Positions 26,576 through 39,590 are shown, numbered from the whole stretch's first letter. The stretch: DNA of 63,841 bases, filler included, from Ministeria vibrans ATCC 50519 (GCA_943704425.1; 9 parts of 9 records of this genome joined end to end with filler, not necessarily neighbours in it), one strand, 5' to 3'. Numbers and translations: made by a program. The notes: generated from the letters alone by a model not told the origin.

Positions 26576-26930
26576 ACTGCCTGACGACAAGGGATACACG
26601 ACGGACGACAAGTCGCAGACAAAGCTGACAGCACTGCTGGTGCGCGCACTGGGTCCGAAGGCAGAGGTGTTTGAGGCTGGCGAGCCTGTCATCTCTGTGC
26701 GCGATCTGAGGTCTCGTCTTCAGAGCTTAGCCTCCACTGCGGCCGATCAGTTGCAAGCACTATTAGTAGGTCGCATCTGGCCTGACTGGCACGACACGCC
26801 CAACGATGGTGACATTCTGCTGTACCGCACAGGCAGTGGTGTGGTCCCTGCCCCTGCCACTGCTGCTGGCCCTGCCACTGCCACTGCCCCCGCCGCTGCC
26901 ACTGTCTCTAGCCCCGCGCCCAGCCCATGA
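26576..26930 (+). CDS. 3' fragment of a gene; resembles the C-terminal (p10-like) half of caspase-family C14 domains, followed by a Pro/Ala tail
   Basis: Open from the scaffold start: GYTTDDKSQTKLTALLVRALG..ISVRDLRSRLQ..GRIWP..DGDILLY; motif resemblance only. Confidence 0.35.
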
Positions 26931-27085
26931 TTGCATGAATGTAAATAGCTTTTACTTTTTAGCGTTCTTTCAAGTGTACACCGTTTTCCTTGGCCAGATC
27001 ACAACTCAATGATCGAATAATTCGCACATTTTCCAACATTCTCATTTCTCAATTAACTTCAAACTTTCAGTGATACTCTTCCGCC

Positions 27086-27359
27086 ATGCCTCAGAACGAG
27101 CATATCGAGCGCCACAGAAAGCTGCACGGCCGTCGCCTGGACCACAATGAGCGCGAGTACGCCCTGCCGCCCAATGATCAATCAATCCGCGTGTCCTTCT
27201 CACTGTCCTCTTTCCGTTTGTCGCTCTCGCTCTTAGGCGAAAGCGCGAGGCTCGCAAGGCCCATCAGCTCAGTGAGTATGCACAGAAGACCCATGGCATT
27301 CGGGCGAAGCTGTTCAACAAGCAGCGAAGTCTCGAGAAGATCACTATGAAGAAAAAGTA

Positions 27360-27397
<38 letters not shown>

Positions 27398-28554
27398 CGG
27401 GTGTTCGTTGTCCCACGCACACACCCCCAGACGCACGGATGCGGCACTGGCGCCCGCGCATATGGTTGCGACGCCCCTGTGGCGCTCTTTGAGACGCGCC
27501 GAGTGACTCGTTGCGACTCACGGCGGCTGTTGTAGGATCAAGGAACACGAAGAGAAGGCGACCAAGAAGAAGAACGACGCGCACGTCCCCGAAGGCGCCG
27601 TGCCCGCCTACCTGTTGGACCGTGAAGGACAGTCGCGTGCCAAGGTATGGTCTGCCGATGAGAGCGAGCGCGCGAGAGACGCCTGATACCGTTTTGTGCA
27701 TTAGGTGTTGAGCAATACAGTCAAGGAGAAGCGTAAGGAAAAGGCCGGCAAGTGGACGGTGCCGCTGCCCAAGGTCAAGGCCGTGGGCGAGGACGAGATG
27801 TTCCGCGTCGTCAAGACAGGCAAGCGACAGCACAAGGCATGGAAGCGTGTCGTCACCAAAATCACCTTTGTGGGCGACGGCTTCACCAGAAAACCTCCGA
27901 AATACGAACGGTCCTCACCAACTCAACAGTATGAAAGTGACTGACGGTTGCCTTTGATACAGATTCATTCGGCCAATGGCAATGCGGTTCAAGAAGGCGC
28001 ACGTATGCCATCCGGAGCTGAAGGCGACGTTTCATCTGCCTATCATCGGTGTTAAGAAGAACCCCACATCAGCCACTTACACGTCACTGGGCGTCATCAC
28101 CAAAGGCACCATCATTGAAGTACGTGTTTGTTGGAGATGCCCGACCGTCCCGACCGTTTATTGCGTCACACACACACACACACACAATGCATCATTACTC
28201 ACTCGTTCACCCAATCATCTGCTACACCGAATCTCTGCAAACATTCACCAACACTCACTTGTCGCCCACTCAAAATGTTCACTCTCCATCACGCACAATC
28301 ACACACAATCACTCTCGCAGTCGAACTCGCGTACATTTTGACGACCACTCACAACCACTCACTAACCCGATTCGAGTCCAACCCCCTCCCCTCTCGATGC
28401 CTCCACTCACCTCCTCCCCGCACTTTCTCCGTAGGTCAATGTGAGTGAATTGGGTCTGGTGACCACCACGGGTAAGATTGTCTGGGGCAAATACGCCCAG
28501 GTGACCAACAACCCCGAGAATGACGGCTGCATCAACGCCGTCCTCCTTGTGTAA
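27086..28554 (+). CDS. NSA2: Ribosome biogenesis protein NSA2 (6 exons)
   Basis: [66 protein letters not shown], ending [31 protein letters not shown]. Confidence 0.98.
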
Positions 28555-29192
28555 CAGTGCAACCCTTTCTTATTCTTCAACTCAGCCTTGTACTGCCACT
28601 CATTCATTTTTTTCTCTGAGTATTTGTCATAATGATAACCATGGTGGAGGGCCAGCCACCATGTTTCGAATTCAGGGCCACTTCAGACTTCTCTCTTACA
28701 TTTTCACAATTGGTCGACCGTATTATAAAAATATGAATAGTAGTCACATCGCAGAACATATTACATAGCCAACTGTAAAGTGGTGCGTCGTGTGAGTGCT
28801 GATGACCTGATGCTAAATGTGGTCGTTCTCAAAAAAAACAAACAGACGTCTGATCATTCATTCATTCACAATTAGCCAAAAAAAAAAAAAAAAAAAATCC
28901 AAATATGAACACAAAAGGCAAAAAAACCAAACTCCCACGACCCACACCCCCACTGCACACTCCGCCGCCTTGGGGCCCGGCTCCCTCTCTACCCTGCACT
29001 GTGCGGCGTGTCTTCGCCCGGCCGGCGGGCCGTGTGGCATCCGCTGAGCTCAGCTGTTGCTTTCGTCGACGTCACCGGCAAAAAGTGCTCTGCATTCTAA
29101 ATTCCTCACTGCCATCTAAAAATCTCAAAAACCTCAAAACGTGACTCTTGCCTCACTTCTATTTGTTCTCTCACACCCCTTGCCTCGCACCC

Positions 29193-31968
29193 ATGGCGTC
29201 CTCCGTGCTCCACATGCACCCCGCTGACCAGGAGGCGCGCGAACAGGAGGTGTCAAGCGCTCCTGTCGAGAGTCCCAAATCCGTTCGCACCAGCCTACGA
29301 CGCATTCGCGCGCGTCTTGGCGCCGCCCAGGAGCAGGTGCGGGCCATGCGGGCCTCGCGACCCCCGTCGCAGCCCAAGGCATTCCCTCCAGCGAACATTG
29401 CAAAAATGTCGCCTGGAATCCAGCGCGCCTCACGCGCCTCTCCAAGCGGCTCGTACCACCTCAGCCCCGCCCCGTCCGCCACCGGCAGCATGACGCCTCC
29501 TAAGAGCCCCGCGCGCATCCACAATCCAATTGCGGTTGTAAACCGAGCACTCAACACACCGCCTCCTCCGTCGCTCGTGTCGCTCGAGGCCGACAGTGAC
29601 AGCGGTGTCAGCGACGAGGGCCACGCCGAAGATCGCCCGCGCTTGCCCACGAACCGTCGCCTGTCGGCGCTTCTCTCGCACGACAGTGCTGATGGACTCG
29701 TTCGTGGTTTTTCGCATCTGACGTCGCCCACTTCCGAGGAGATTGACACAGATCTCTTCCTGGACTCCGTCGAACTCAACCTCTCCACCTCATTACATAC
29801 ACCACTGGCCGCAGCAACGCTCCGGCAGGGTCGCTATGCGCCTGCCAAGGGCGAGTACCCCAGCTCAGGTGATCCCACGCTTGTCGTTCACTCGAGCACC
29901 GCCAGTGACTGCAGCAGCACCGGCGACGACAAGGTGCCCGAACTGCCAAGTCGGTCGCCTCGCCACGATGTCACCGGTGCCATTGAAGAAGAAGAGGGTC
30001 CGCTGGGAGGCCAGGAAATGGTCACGCCCGACTTGTCGCTTGAGGTCGACGTGCTCATGCCACTCGACTCCAAGGGGGAGTTTGAAATGGCAAGTCCGCC
30101 GTCTGTGCTGAGCACAAGCAACAAGAAGAAGGCCAAGGTGAACAGGAGCAAGAGTCGTGGACGTCCCCCCTCCCGCTCCCAGTCGCTTATCTCACGACAA
30201 CTCCCACCCACACCCGAGCCGCTCAAGTCGGCGGCGGCAGTGGCCGCCGCCGCTTCCTTTGCCGGCAGTTCCAGCCGACGCTCCAGCATGAGCGACCACA
30301 GTGTCGCGGCCGCGGCGCAGCTCATTCGCAACCATGCGGACCATCGACGCAGCCAGATGAACTTACAGTCGGTGGCAAGCCTGCAGTCGCGCGAGTCCAT
30401 CGCCTCGGGTGTCGACGACAGTGCCCTTGTGGCCGTGGGTGCCATGTCTTCGTCGACCATGGCGCACATGCTGCAACAGAGTCGCGTTGCAAGCGAATCA
30501 CTCATGCAAAAATCGCTGTCGTTGTCGTCCGAGCACGATGTGCACCACTCGTCTGTATTTGACGGGGCCGCGTCGGGTACGAGTGCCGCCAATGCTGCTG
30601 CCGTCGCCAACGCCGCCACCCCGCGGTTTTCCTTGGCCCATCCCAATGCACGTCGCCTCTCATCCATCGAACGCCAAAAGTCCTCGTCGCCCGTCTTCAA
30701 CTGCGACTCGAGCTCTCGCGGCTCCATGGACCACGCCGAGGTGTCCTGGTCAACGGCCCTCGAGTATGCACATCGCGGCGAATTTGAGGAGGCGGCCGCC
30801 TGGGGCGAGGATGCGCTCCGCTATCAGATCGAAGAGGGCAGCGACCCCATCGAGCTGGCCAACATGCAAAACGGTCTCAGCATGCTCTACCGCAACATCG
30901 GTCGGTACGAAGAGGCCTTTCACCTGTGCCTGGCAGCCCATCGTTTCCTCGAGCAAGACTCGCGTCTTCCCCCACCCGAACTGGTTGCCTCCACCGCCAA
31001 CAACCTGGGCCTGCTCCAGATTCATCGCAAAAACTTTGAGGATGCCGAGCATCTTCTCTTGTGGGCTCTTCGTCTGGTACACAAAAGAAGAATCTTAAAA
31101 ATAAATTATTTCTTATTCTTTTTTTTGTAGAGAGAAATGATGGGCTCGCCAAGCAAGGTGGCACAGTCATTGATGAACTTGGTGGCGCTGTATGTGCGAA
31201 GAAGGTCCTTTTCCGATGCAGAGCCGCTCACACGACGTCTGGTGCGACTGCGACAACGACAGTACGGGCCCGAGCACGAGAAGACGGCGGTCGCCCTCAA
31301 CGAACTCGGCCTTTGCCTCGACAAGCTGTCGCGCTTCCACGAGGCCGAGGCACTCTACCGCGAGGCGTTTGCCATCCATTCGCGCGTCCACGACGCTGAC
31401 AACACGGCTGGCACTCACCAGATGGCAGCGTGCATTGAGAACCTTGCGCACCTGTGCGTGCGCCAGAACAAACAAAGTGAGGCGGAGACACTCACGCATC
31501 AGTTGCTCGGCAATGTCGTCGCGCGATTTGGTCCCATTCACACCGAAGTGGCTCGCATCCTGCGTAACCTTGCTCTCATCTACCATCGCCAAGGCAAACT
31601 TCCCGAGGCGCTCAACGTAAGAACTTCTCAAACCTCACCCATTCATTACTAAGATTGTTCGTGCGTGTAGATGTATGAGTGTGCGGTGCGCGTGATTGAA
31701 AGACTGAACAAGACTGGCTCGTACTCGGTGTCGTTTGTGATGATGCTCTCCAACCTGACCGACGTCTTCCTGCGGCTGGGCCGTCCGTTGGACGCAGAAC
31801 AGTCGCGCGAGCGCATCCACGCGACGCTCATTGCGGCCGATTGGCCCTATGACACGAAGCGACGCGTCGCCGAAGTCATCATTCGCAATGCATCACAGGG
31901 CGTCAAAGAGTTTGTGGGCACTGAAAAGGTACCGAAAAATGTTGTTTATCAAAATAATAATAATAAAA

Positions 31969-32040
<72 letters not shown>

Positions 32041-33078
32041 TTTTTATGTTTACTTTTTTAGGAGCGACGATCAATGGAAGTGGCAGTGGCAAAGAGTCGT
32101 TCGATCAAGGGACTGCAAGACATGGCATTTGGATCGCCGTTGGCGTCGCCTTGCATGGCTGGCCCATCCAGTGCGGGTATTGCTGTGGGCGCTCCAGTGG
32201 CACCTGCTGTAGCCAGTCGCGAGTCGATTGCGTCCGAGGACTCGAGAGATCGCACGCCCAAGACTGAGCTGTACCATGCTCACAAGAAGGAGCCAGTGCT
32301 GCCCAGCTACTATCGCACGTCGCTCAGTACAAATGTGCGTTCGCCAGTGCGCGCTGTCGCTCAGCGACCTTTGCAGCGCGAAACCATTGAGCGCAGTGTG
32401 AACCCGCTTGGAAACACACCCAATGACTCGGGAACAACTGGACAGGCAACGCCCAGTCGTGCTGCGGCGGCTGGAACGCCTTCGTCACTAAATGACTCGC
32501 AGGGTCCTCGTAAACGCGACATTGGCCGTGTGTTTAGCGAGCCGCTGTACTCGCTGATGCGCTGGCGCGGACGACGCACTGCGTCCATGTCACAGATTGA
32601 CAGGGAAAAGGCGGGTGAGGTGGAGCTGCCGTACGACGAGCGCAGTGGTAGCGGACACACCAGCCCCGAGCGTCCGACACAGCAGCGCCATCAGCAACAG
32701 TCGCGGGCACAACAGCAGCGGTTGCAAATTGTCAATAGCAATGAGGCAGACTTGAGCATCCTGAGCGACAAGAGTGACGAGCCGGTGTTGGTGACGCGAC
32801 TTGCGTCTTCCACGGCGGAGGAGGAGACGGACGAGGAGGGCGACGAAAGTGATTGTGAGGGTGAACGTGACGACTTTGCACGTGACCATGACGAAGAAGA
32901 TGACCAGGCAGCGCTGTGGGCGACAATGGCGGCTGAGGCTGAAGGGGACGAGGAGGAGGAGGAGGAGGAGGAGGAGGAAGAGAGCTCATCGTGGTTGCAC
33001 ACCAATGGTGAAGAGCGTCGAGAGTCTATCAAGTCGTGGGCCGAGGAGTTTGTTGTGGCTGCCATGGACTCATTTTAA
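29193..33078 (+). CDS. Large disordered protein with central kinesin-light-chain/NPHP3-type TPR repeats
   Basis: LANMQNGLSMLYRNIGRYEEAF, ASTANNLGLL, YGPEHEKTAVALNELG, FGPIHTEVARILRNLALIYHRQGK; introns near 31077-31130, 31617-31670, 31930-32061. Confidence 0.85.
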
Positions 33079-33742
33079 AGGGGGGAGAGCAGCAGGAACT
33101 CTGTGATTGAGAAGAATAATTATTAATGTACATAAGACGTAACAAAACAAACAAAAAGAAGAACTCTATTTCTACGATGACATTCGTTTGAATCATACTA
33201 TAGTATACGCATCAAGCGAGTCCCCACCGACAGATATTTTGTTCCATGTGACACGTGCAGTATACCATGCATGGGATGAATCGCGTACATAACTCACCTG
33301 TGTCGTGTCAGGCGCACTCACTCGCCAGAGGGCTCACCCACCGCATGCTCACGCGGATACAGTCATCCAGTCGTGCCCCACGGGTGTCTGTCAAGACGGC
33401 CGTCGCGCAATGCCGTGGCGGAAGGATCGAGTTTACTTTGTCGTGCTGCTATGAGGAGTGGCGGCGGATCATTAAGCGAGCAGCAAAAATGCTCTCCCGT
33501 TACTCTTCGTTTAGATCTTGAGAATCCGCCATGGGGAACTTCGTATTGGTATTCTATTTATTCTTAAACTTGCATTAATTATGGGTCGCTGTTGGGCGTT
33601 GACCGCTGGGAAATAAGCAGTGGAGTGAACAGTAGACTGAAATGTTTTCATGATCATCAAAAATATAATTCCAATTCAAATAAAAACTGTCCGTCGTCGC
33701 AACGACTCTTTTTTTGACAGTCTGGCTCTGAATCCTTGGAGG

Positions 33743-35226
33743 ATGTCAAAGAGATCTGGTGGCGACTCGACGGATTACTATGCGGTTTTGGGGCTGGAGG
33801 CGACGGCGACAGAAAAGGAAATTCGATCGGTACGACTGGACAGGTTTCGGGGACTAATGCGACGCAGACGGGCCTGGGCACGCTCTGTGTGTGTGGCGGG
33901 GCTGGTCGGGGTGTGGGGGGGGGGGGGGNNNNNNNNNNNNNNNNNNNNNNNNNNNNNNNNNNNNNNNNNNNNNNNNNNNNNNNNNNNNNNNNNNNNNNNN
34001 NNNNNNNNNNNNNNNNNNNNNNNNNNNNCCGCCACCGACACCACCACCACCACCACCCATGCCCGGGTTGGGTCGCTTTGCTGCCCAGTTGTGTGTGCGT
34101 TTCTGTGCTGACTGCTGTTTGCTGCAGGCGTACCGACGGACTGCGCTCAAGTACCATCCGGACAAGAACCCGGGAAATGCGGCAGCCGCGGCCAAGTTCA
34201 CGCAGCTGACGGGCGCGTACGAGATCCTGGGGGATGCAGCAGCCAAGGTAGGTTGGAGGCGGAGGGGCGGGGGAGCGCAGGACGGCGCTGACGATGCTCT
34301 GAGTGTGTTTATAGGCCAAGTACGATCAGTTGCTGAAGGCGCGCAAGGCCAAGAATCTGCGCGATGCTGAGCTGAACCATAAGCGGAAGAAGCTGAAGGT
34401 GGGCAGGGCGGTGTGTTGCTTTTCGTCCTTGTGTCTTTTTGTTTTTGTGCGTCTTTTTGTCCTCTCTTTTTGTTTCTTTTTCTCATAATTATATTATTTT
34501 GTGTGTGGTTCTCACTCTTTCATGTTGATTTGTTCCTTCCACTATTCCCTTTCCATCACACATCGTTGATGAAACTCTTTCTCTGCTTAGAGCGATCTGG
34601 AGCGACGAGAGGAGGTAGCACGTCTGGCGCGACTGGGAGTGGTGGAGGAGGAGCAAGATGAAGAGGCGCAAGAGAGGGCGCTTGAGCGAGAGGTGGAGCG
34701 ATTGCGCAAGGACGGGTTTATGCGCATTCAGATGGAGCTGTTGCGCAAGCAGATGGCAGAGACGGAGGCAAGGAAGAACACTGAACAGGGCCGTGGGACA
34801 GCCGAGGAAGCGGAAGGGGGTTCAATGACCACTGTGAAGCTCAAATGGTCGTCCAAGAAGACACCCGCGTACACTGAGGATATGATTCGACGGCTCATGC
34901 TGACCTATGGTCCGCTTGGCGAGTGTCTGGTGCGTGAGAAATCAGCTGTTGTTGAGTTTGCGCATCTGGAAGATGCCAGGCGGTGTGTGTTGCGCGAGAC
35001 GGGCGCTCCGTCCAATCCCATCACCGTGACTCTTCTCGTGGAAGGCGCAAAGGCACCACAAGCACGGCCGTCCGTGACAGTGAGTAGAGGAGCCGATGCA
35101 ACTGCGGCGGGCGCTGCGAGTGCTGTAAGCGGTGGTCGTGATCACGAGAGTCTTACGCTAATGCGAATGAGACAAGCGGCAGAGAGAAAGCGACTGATTG
35201 CCGAGGCGCAGAAGGAGGATGTATAG
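33743..35226 (+). CDS. DNAJC17: DnaJ subfamily C member 17 (Cwc23-like; J-domain + RRM)
   Basis: [24 protein letters not shown]-domain; RRM TVKLKW..SAVVEF; C-terminal [20 protein letters not shown] signature. Confidence 0.92.
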
Positions 35227-35633
35227 ACGCGTATTGTACTTTAAAATATTTTCATGGTTCTATAACAATTTTAGTTTCTTACATTTATTATTACAATTAT
35301 ACGTATATTTGTGCCCCTTTTAAAATTTAATTCATATGCGTGTCACTAGCAACATCGCTGCAATTGAGAGAATCCTATTCATTTGTTTGCTCAGAAAGAG
35401 TTCGACTTGTTTCTGTTGCTCAAAAAGGACATTGCGTGCATCATAATTATAATAATAACCTTTCATTGATACAAGTCAACATAAAGACTCAGTCTTGACT
35501 ACACCGCTGTCTATCAATAACGTCACTGTTGACTGACAATATATCAATCTCTCTCACATCTCTCTCACCCACAAACCGCACTCGGGTTGTTCAGAAGGAA
35601 TTCTACACACACACTTTATCTCTCTCATTGAGA

Positions 35634-35698
35634 CAGCCGCTTCAAATTGTTAGATTGTCTTGTAATGAAGCTTTTTCCCTCGGACTTCCAAAAAAAAA
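35634..35698 (+). repeat. Very short diverged copy of the LINE 3' terminus with poly(A)
   Basis: cagccgcttc..tagattgtcttgta..atgaagctttt.ccct.ggacttcc(A)n matches 36869-36934. Confidence 0.75.
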
Positions 35699-36099
35699 CA
35701 CTCTCTCTGGAAACAATCTTTGGAAAAGAAAAACACCAACATTACTATTCATCACGTGGAACCCAAATCTACCGTGGAGGGGCGTTGTGAAGTGCCGTGA
35801 CGCGTAGTGGTATTGGTTGCGCTCTTTTTTATTAAACTTTCAGGGTGGCTTTCATTGATATATATAAACCAATAAGAATCGCACTCCTCATTTTCATCTT
35901 TTGACGGTGACGTAGTTGCGCTTTCTCATCGCATGTGCTCCTCTTTACTCTTTAGCATCTGTTTGCTTCCGTGGTTCGATCCTACCGAGTCGTCATCCCG
36001 ACTTGGTACAGGACGTTTGCGTCCAGTGGCCAGGCGTTCACTCGTTCCTTTTCACTCATCTTCTCGTTTCCCTAGCTAGAGCAGCATAATCGTCTTCCG

Positions 36100-36934
36100 T
36101 CGTCTGTGGAGGGAGTGGGGCCAACACAGAACACAAGGCTCGGTGGTCAGACTATGTGACCGCGAGTGGTGTGCAGCGGTGGGTCGCGGGCTCTCCCCGA
36201 CAAAGCGGAGGTTCCTAGTCAGGCTGTTGTGTGATATTCAACCGGCAGCAAGCGTACAGCACAGGAGGGGCCTTGCACAGTCGACAGTCTGTAAGTACTG
36301 TGCGACAGTGGAGACCACCGCGCACATCTTTGCGTGCTGTGCCCAACCCTTCCTGCCCAACAACAACTCGTGTGCGGAAGAGATTCGGGCGTCTCTGAGG
36401 CGTTCTCTCCCCCAGTGGCGCCACATGGGCCGATCATTAGGGTCGGTCAGGAAGGAGTGTGATGACCAACCCGCCCTGCACTTGGTGTCTGGTTGCTGGT
36501 CGTTGGCCATGACGCGTCGCATCCCAGCCTACGCTCGAAAAGATGCAGTAGCGGCTGCGAGACAGTACCTGGAGGCGGCGTATGAGCATTACAGGGAGTG
36601 GCAGCGGCGTCAGTACGTTGCTGCCTGATCCTGGTGTTTGTTTTTATTTTATTTTTCCCATGTTACCTTTTTCTTTCTTTTCTTTCTTTTCTCTCCTTTT
36701 CCCCTTTTTGCATTTTCTTTCTTTTCTTTTTCTTCTCCCTTTTTCATGCGAGATGCTTAGTTTAAAATCAGGAGGCGTTTTCAGCTGCTGAGCGGTTTAC
36801 TTGCTTGGGTGAATGGCTTTGCATGCAAGTCTCTCGGAATGTCCGCTTCGGCCCATGCGGGGGTGAAGCAGCCGCTTCGGATGGCTAGATTGTCTTGTAC
36901 AATGAAGCTTTTGCCCTAGGACTTCCAAAAAAAA
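36100..36934 (+). mobile_element. 5'-truncated non-LTR retrotransposon (L1/Tx1-like ORF2 C-terminus, 3' UTR, poly(A))
   Basis: ORF 36143-36628 carries the CKYC..ETTAHIFAC CCHC knuckle typical of ORF2 ends; T-rich UTR; ends in an A-run; second 3'-end copy at 35634. Confidence 0.7.
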
Positions 36935-37034
36935 NNNNNNNNNNNNNNNNNNNNNNNNNNNNNNNNNNNNNNNNNNNNTTAATTAATTAANNNNNNNNNN
37001 NNNNNNNNNNNNNNNNNNNNNNNNNNNNNNNNNN

Positions 37035-37822
37035 CACATATAGCCAGTGACGTAGGAAACGGGCAAATAGCGCTTGTCCTCACGACCGATAGTATCGTTG
37101 CAAGAGTCCCTGGCCTGTTGGTCATATTCTCTCAAAAGAGGGCCGAGGTAGCTGAATTGAGTGCTGTGCAGATCGAGCTTTGGTTGTTGCACTTTGAGCT
37201 GGTACAAAGCGTATGTGGTACACGATATAATTTCGTTGTTACCACAACGCAACGAATAAGACTTTTTATCCGCCTCTGAGGATGCGAACACTGTCCATTT
37301 ACATGGCATATTAGCCGATGTCATTTCGCCCATGGGCTCTTGGTAGTGCAGCTCTGAAGCAGCATAACAGCAGTGCACAAAGGTTTTGACTCGATGCACC
37401 GTGCACATAAATCCCGCTGTTTGCATCATTTTTGGAAATTCATCGTAAATCCGAAGCGGACCATCTTCGGTGGCGAACCCGACTTGAGATCCATGGCCAA
37501 CAAAGTGAATGTTGAAGAGTGCTTGTGTACTGATCCTGAGTTTCAGATCACTAGATCGGCGGTCGGAAGCGGAAGCCAACTTAGCCAAGACCTTGACTGC
37601 TTCCTCAATCGTCTGTTTGGTGACCTGTTGGGTTTTATCGTAGGCAACCATGAAACCGCCACTCTCACGATAGAGATTTTCAAGAACCCTTGCGTCCGTT
37701 CGGAGGTCAGCCTTGGCGTCGTCCACGACAATCAAAATGAAATACTGCCTTTCAGCATTGCGTAAAATGCAAATGCGTGAAGTCGTTGATCGCTTCTCGC
37801 AAACGCCCAACAAGCTACCCAT
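37035..37822 (-). CDS. Divergent clan CD (caspase/metacaspase/legumain-fold) cysteine peptidase; intronless, 3'-truncated
   Basis: FNIHFVGHGS (His-Gly), KTFVHCCYAAS (cf. DxCySG), TVFASSEADKKSYS, SCTTYAL in canonical order; N-terminal MGSLLG. Confidence 0.7.
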
Positions 37823-38444
37823 CGTTTTGAAAATGGGAAAAGAAAGAAAAAAATTAATAAAACAATAAACACCGCTCCCTCGCCTCGTTCCGAGGGGAGG
37901 ACGAGTTACCGAGAGTGGTAGTGGCGACAAGCTCATGTGAAAACAAAGAAAGTTGCACTTGCAAAATTATTACTTTTAACCAAAATGTGCTATATATCCT
38001 TATTTTCTTTTGCTTTTATTTTTTACTAGTTCCCAAGCTGCTGAAGTATCATAGTTAATAATTATTAATTTTATCAATTGAAATATCCCTTCAGCCTATT
38101 TGGGTTGTATTCTTCTTCTTCTTTATCTCTACTTTGTTTGAACCGTTCCGACTTTTCACGTTACTACCACACGATCAAGTTCAACGAGATGCTCCATAAT
38201 TATATAGAATCAATTCTGTATAAGCATGACGTCATGAGAAAAGTGGTATGATCAGTATGATGCAAAGGAGTCAAAAACGCAATCGGTCGAATAAAAAAAT
38301 TTGTGGGTTAGGATAATACAATGAAGCCTGTTGGAAGGGTGTCGAAGACGGCAAAAGGGCCAAAGGTGCTACTTGACCCTATTGGGAAAATTTCAAGAAA
38401 TAAAAAAGCGAAAATTTCGTCGAGTTTTGATATCCTTGGGCGTT

Positions 38445-38503
38445 CCAGCACAGAGATTCAACGTTTCGTGTATTCAATACACTTCTTCAGGACTATGTGA
38501 TGG
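38445..38503 (-). ncRNA. Minimal type I hammerhead ribozyme, copy 1
   Basis: Minus strand: CCAUCACAU AGUC CUGAAGA A GUGUAU UGA AUACAC GAAA CGUU GAAU CUC UGUGCUGG; one mismatch in proximal stem I. Confidence 0.75.
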
Positions 38504-38644
38504 TAGAAAGAGGAAAAAAACTGACGAAATGAGAGGAGAGTGACTTTAAATAGGAAAAGTCTTATGCAATGGAATTATGCACTATTGCGTAAGACTCATT
38601 GCATAATTCCTTTTGCGTAATTCCTATTGCGTAAGAGGCACTTG

Positions 38645-39130
38645 TCACTCGTTGTCAGAGAGAGGTGCGACCTGGGTGTCGGCGTTGTGGCGTAGCAGTT
38701 GTCGGAGGTTGCTGATACGTGACCAGGCGAGACGGACGTGACGTAGGACAGATCGATCAGAGGGCGAGACTTTATGACGTAGACGGGCTAGGGTTAGGAG
38801 TTCCCGCCAGGGTACCTGCTCTGTCACTTGTGTGTGAGGGAGCACAAAGGTGGTTAGACGCTCTGGCGGGGCTCGTGTGTCGTCTTCTGTCGTTTGTCGT
38901 TCGCACTGCTTGCCGAGGTAGAAGTGTCGGTCGGAGTGAGTGACAGATGCAAAACAGCGAGTCGTGAAGGCTGGTGGGTAGCCTCTGGCTCGGAGTCGGT
39001 TGTAGAAGAGCTGGGACGCCGCAGCAAAGTGAGCGACGTCAGTGCTCAGGGTGGCGAAGCGGGTAAGTTCGACTTTGAGGGAGGCGCGGAATACTTCGCG
39101 TCTTTGTGGCTTTGAGTGCCTGCTGAGCAC
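38645..39130 (-). pseudogene. C-terminal (thumb/helical) fragment of Penelope-like reverse transcriptase, with no GIY-YIG domain
   Basis: VELTRFATLSTD..F....QLFYNRLRARGYPP and AWSRISNLRQLL resemble PLE GELxRy..S..RLxxRGYP and AyrRxxNLrxLL motifs; stop follows ~16 aa later. Confidence 0.8.
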
Positions 39131-39403
39131 GTTGTGTTTGTTTGTTTGCTCTTGTGTTTGTTAGTGTGGCGCGTTTTATTACTTTTGTGTGTGACTGTGT
39201 TGTTTTCTTAGTGTTCGTGATTGTTTGTTTTTGATATTATGTGTGTTGTTTTGGTATTTGTTCTTTGGTGTTGCTTGTAGTATCCTCTTGTGTGTTTTTG
39301 TGTTTGATGTGTGTGTTGAGGATCGCGATGTATTCCGAGTGGGCCCCATAAGCTGCTTGAGTATGTGTTAAACGTCTGAATACAATCGTAAAGTTCATGT
39401 CTC

Positions 39404-39458
39404 GGTTAGGGTTAGGGTTAGGGTTAGGGTTAGGGTTAGGGTTAGGGTTAGGGTTAGG
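39404..39458 (+). repeat. Telomeric repeat tract (TTAGGG)8 + TTAGG
   Basis: Direct reading. Confidence 0.97.
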
Positions 39459-39590
39459 ATAATAGAATGAAGCCTGTTGGAAGGGTGTCGAAGACGGCAA
39501 AAGGGCCAAAAGTGCTACTTGACCCTATTGGGAAAATTTCAAAAAATGAGAAAGCGAAAGTTTCGTCGAGTTTTGGTATCCTTGGGCGTT

